64,000 bases of DNA from Thermoprotei archaeon (GTDB taxonomy: Archaea > Thermoproteota > Thermoprotei > Thermoproteales > B15-G16). Both the position numbers and the translations under genes were made by a program. The stretch's first letter is position 1. Each line of letters opens with the position of its first letter. Positions 63,912 through 64,000 of the stretch are shown piece after piece. The stretch lies in assembly GCA_003649205.1 (NCBI GenBank), contig QMRC01000003.1, positions 64,001-128,000 on the forward strand, given 5' to 3'. Under the pieces are notes generated by a model. That model saw only the letters and a program-made list of their open reading frames with translations, made no database searches and had not been told where the DNA came from.

Positions 63912-64000
63912 TTACTTCTCCCCTACCTCAAATAAGATGGCTTCGTAAGGACCGACCTTAGTACCCTTCTTAACCCTAGCAACAAGTACCCTATCCTCAA
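63912..64000 (-). CDS. C-terminal end of a CDS running off the window
   Basis: ...EDRVLVARVKKGTKVGPYEAILFEVGEK* with genome-typical codons. Confidence 0.4.
   Translation of the reverse strand, partial: EDRVLVARVKKGTKVGPYEAILFEVGEK

Noticed and set aside
1-64000. CRISPR array, rRNA genes, IS elements, provirus integrase or att sites
   Set aside because: No regularly spaced repeats, long GC-rich rRNA block, transposase or integrase motifs, or tRNA 3'-end duplication were found by eye.

Overview
64-kb chromosomal segment of an archaeon, most likely a (hyper)thermophilic Thermoproteota/Crenarchaeota member. Evidence for this: eL38, TiaS, Tsr3, TmcA, an archaeal RNase P RNA, class III signal peptides, GGAGGTGA Shine-Dalgarno motifs and about 10 C/D-box sRNAs. 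It holds about 55 housekeeping and accessory CDSs, a tRNA-Glu(UUC), an MNT-HEPN pair, and an iron/cobalamin-type ABC importer converging on a split CobN + ChlD/ChlI chelatase operon. It also has an ABC-2/ArsR/helicase operon, an RNA-maturation cluster (rnpB-tsr3-tiaS-beta-CASP-rpl38e) and a sugar ABC transporter. The most striking item is a fusion of a methanogen-type MtrA corrinoid-binding domain to an intact thymidylate-synthase domain, coupled to tmcA and an ASCH gene. Other highlights: a C/D sRNA whose guide is complementary to the 16S anti-SD end, a candidate H/ACA RNA, an unannotated 58-aa Trp/Arg-rich protein, two probable CTG start codons and two pseudo-peptidases. No CRISPR array, rRNA gene, transposase or integrase was seen. 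All family calls come from motif recognition by eye, not from database searches.
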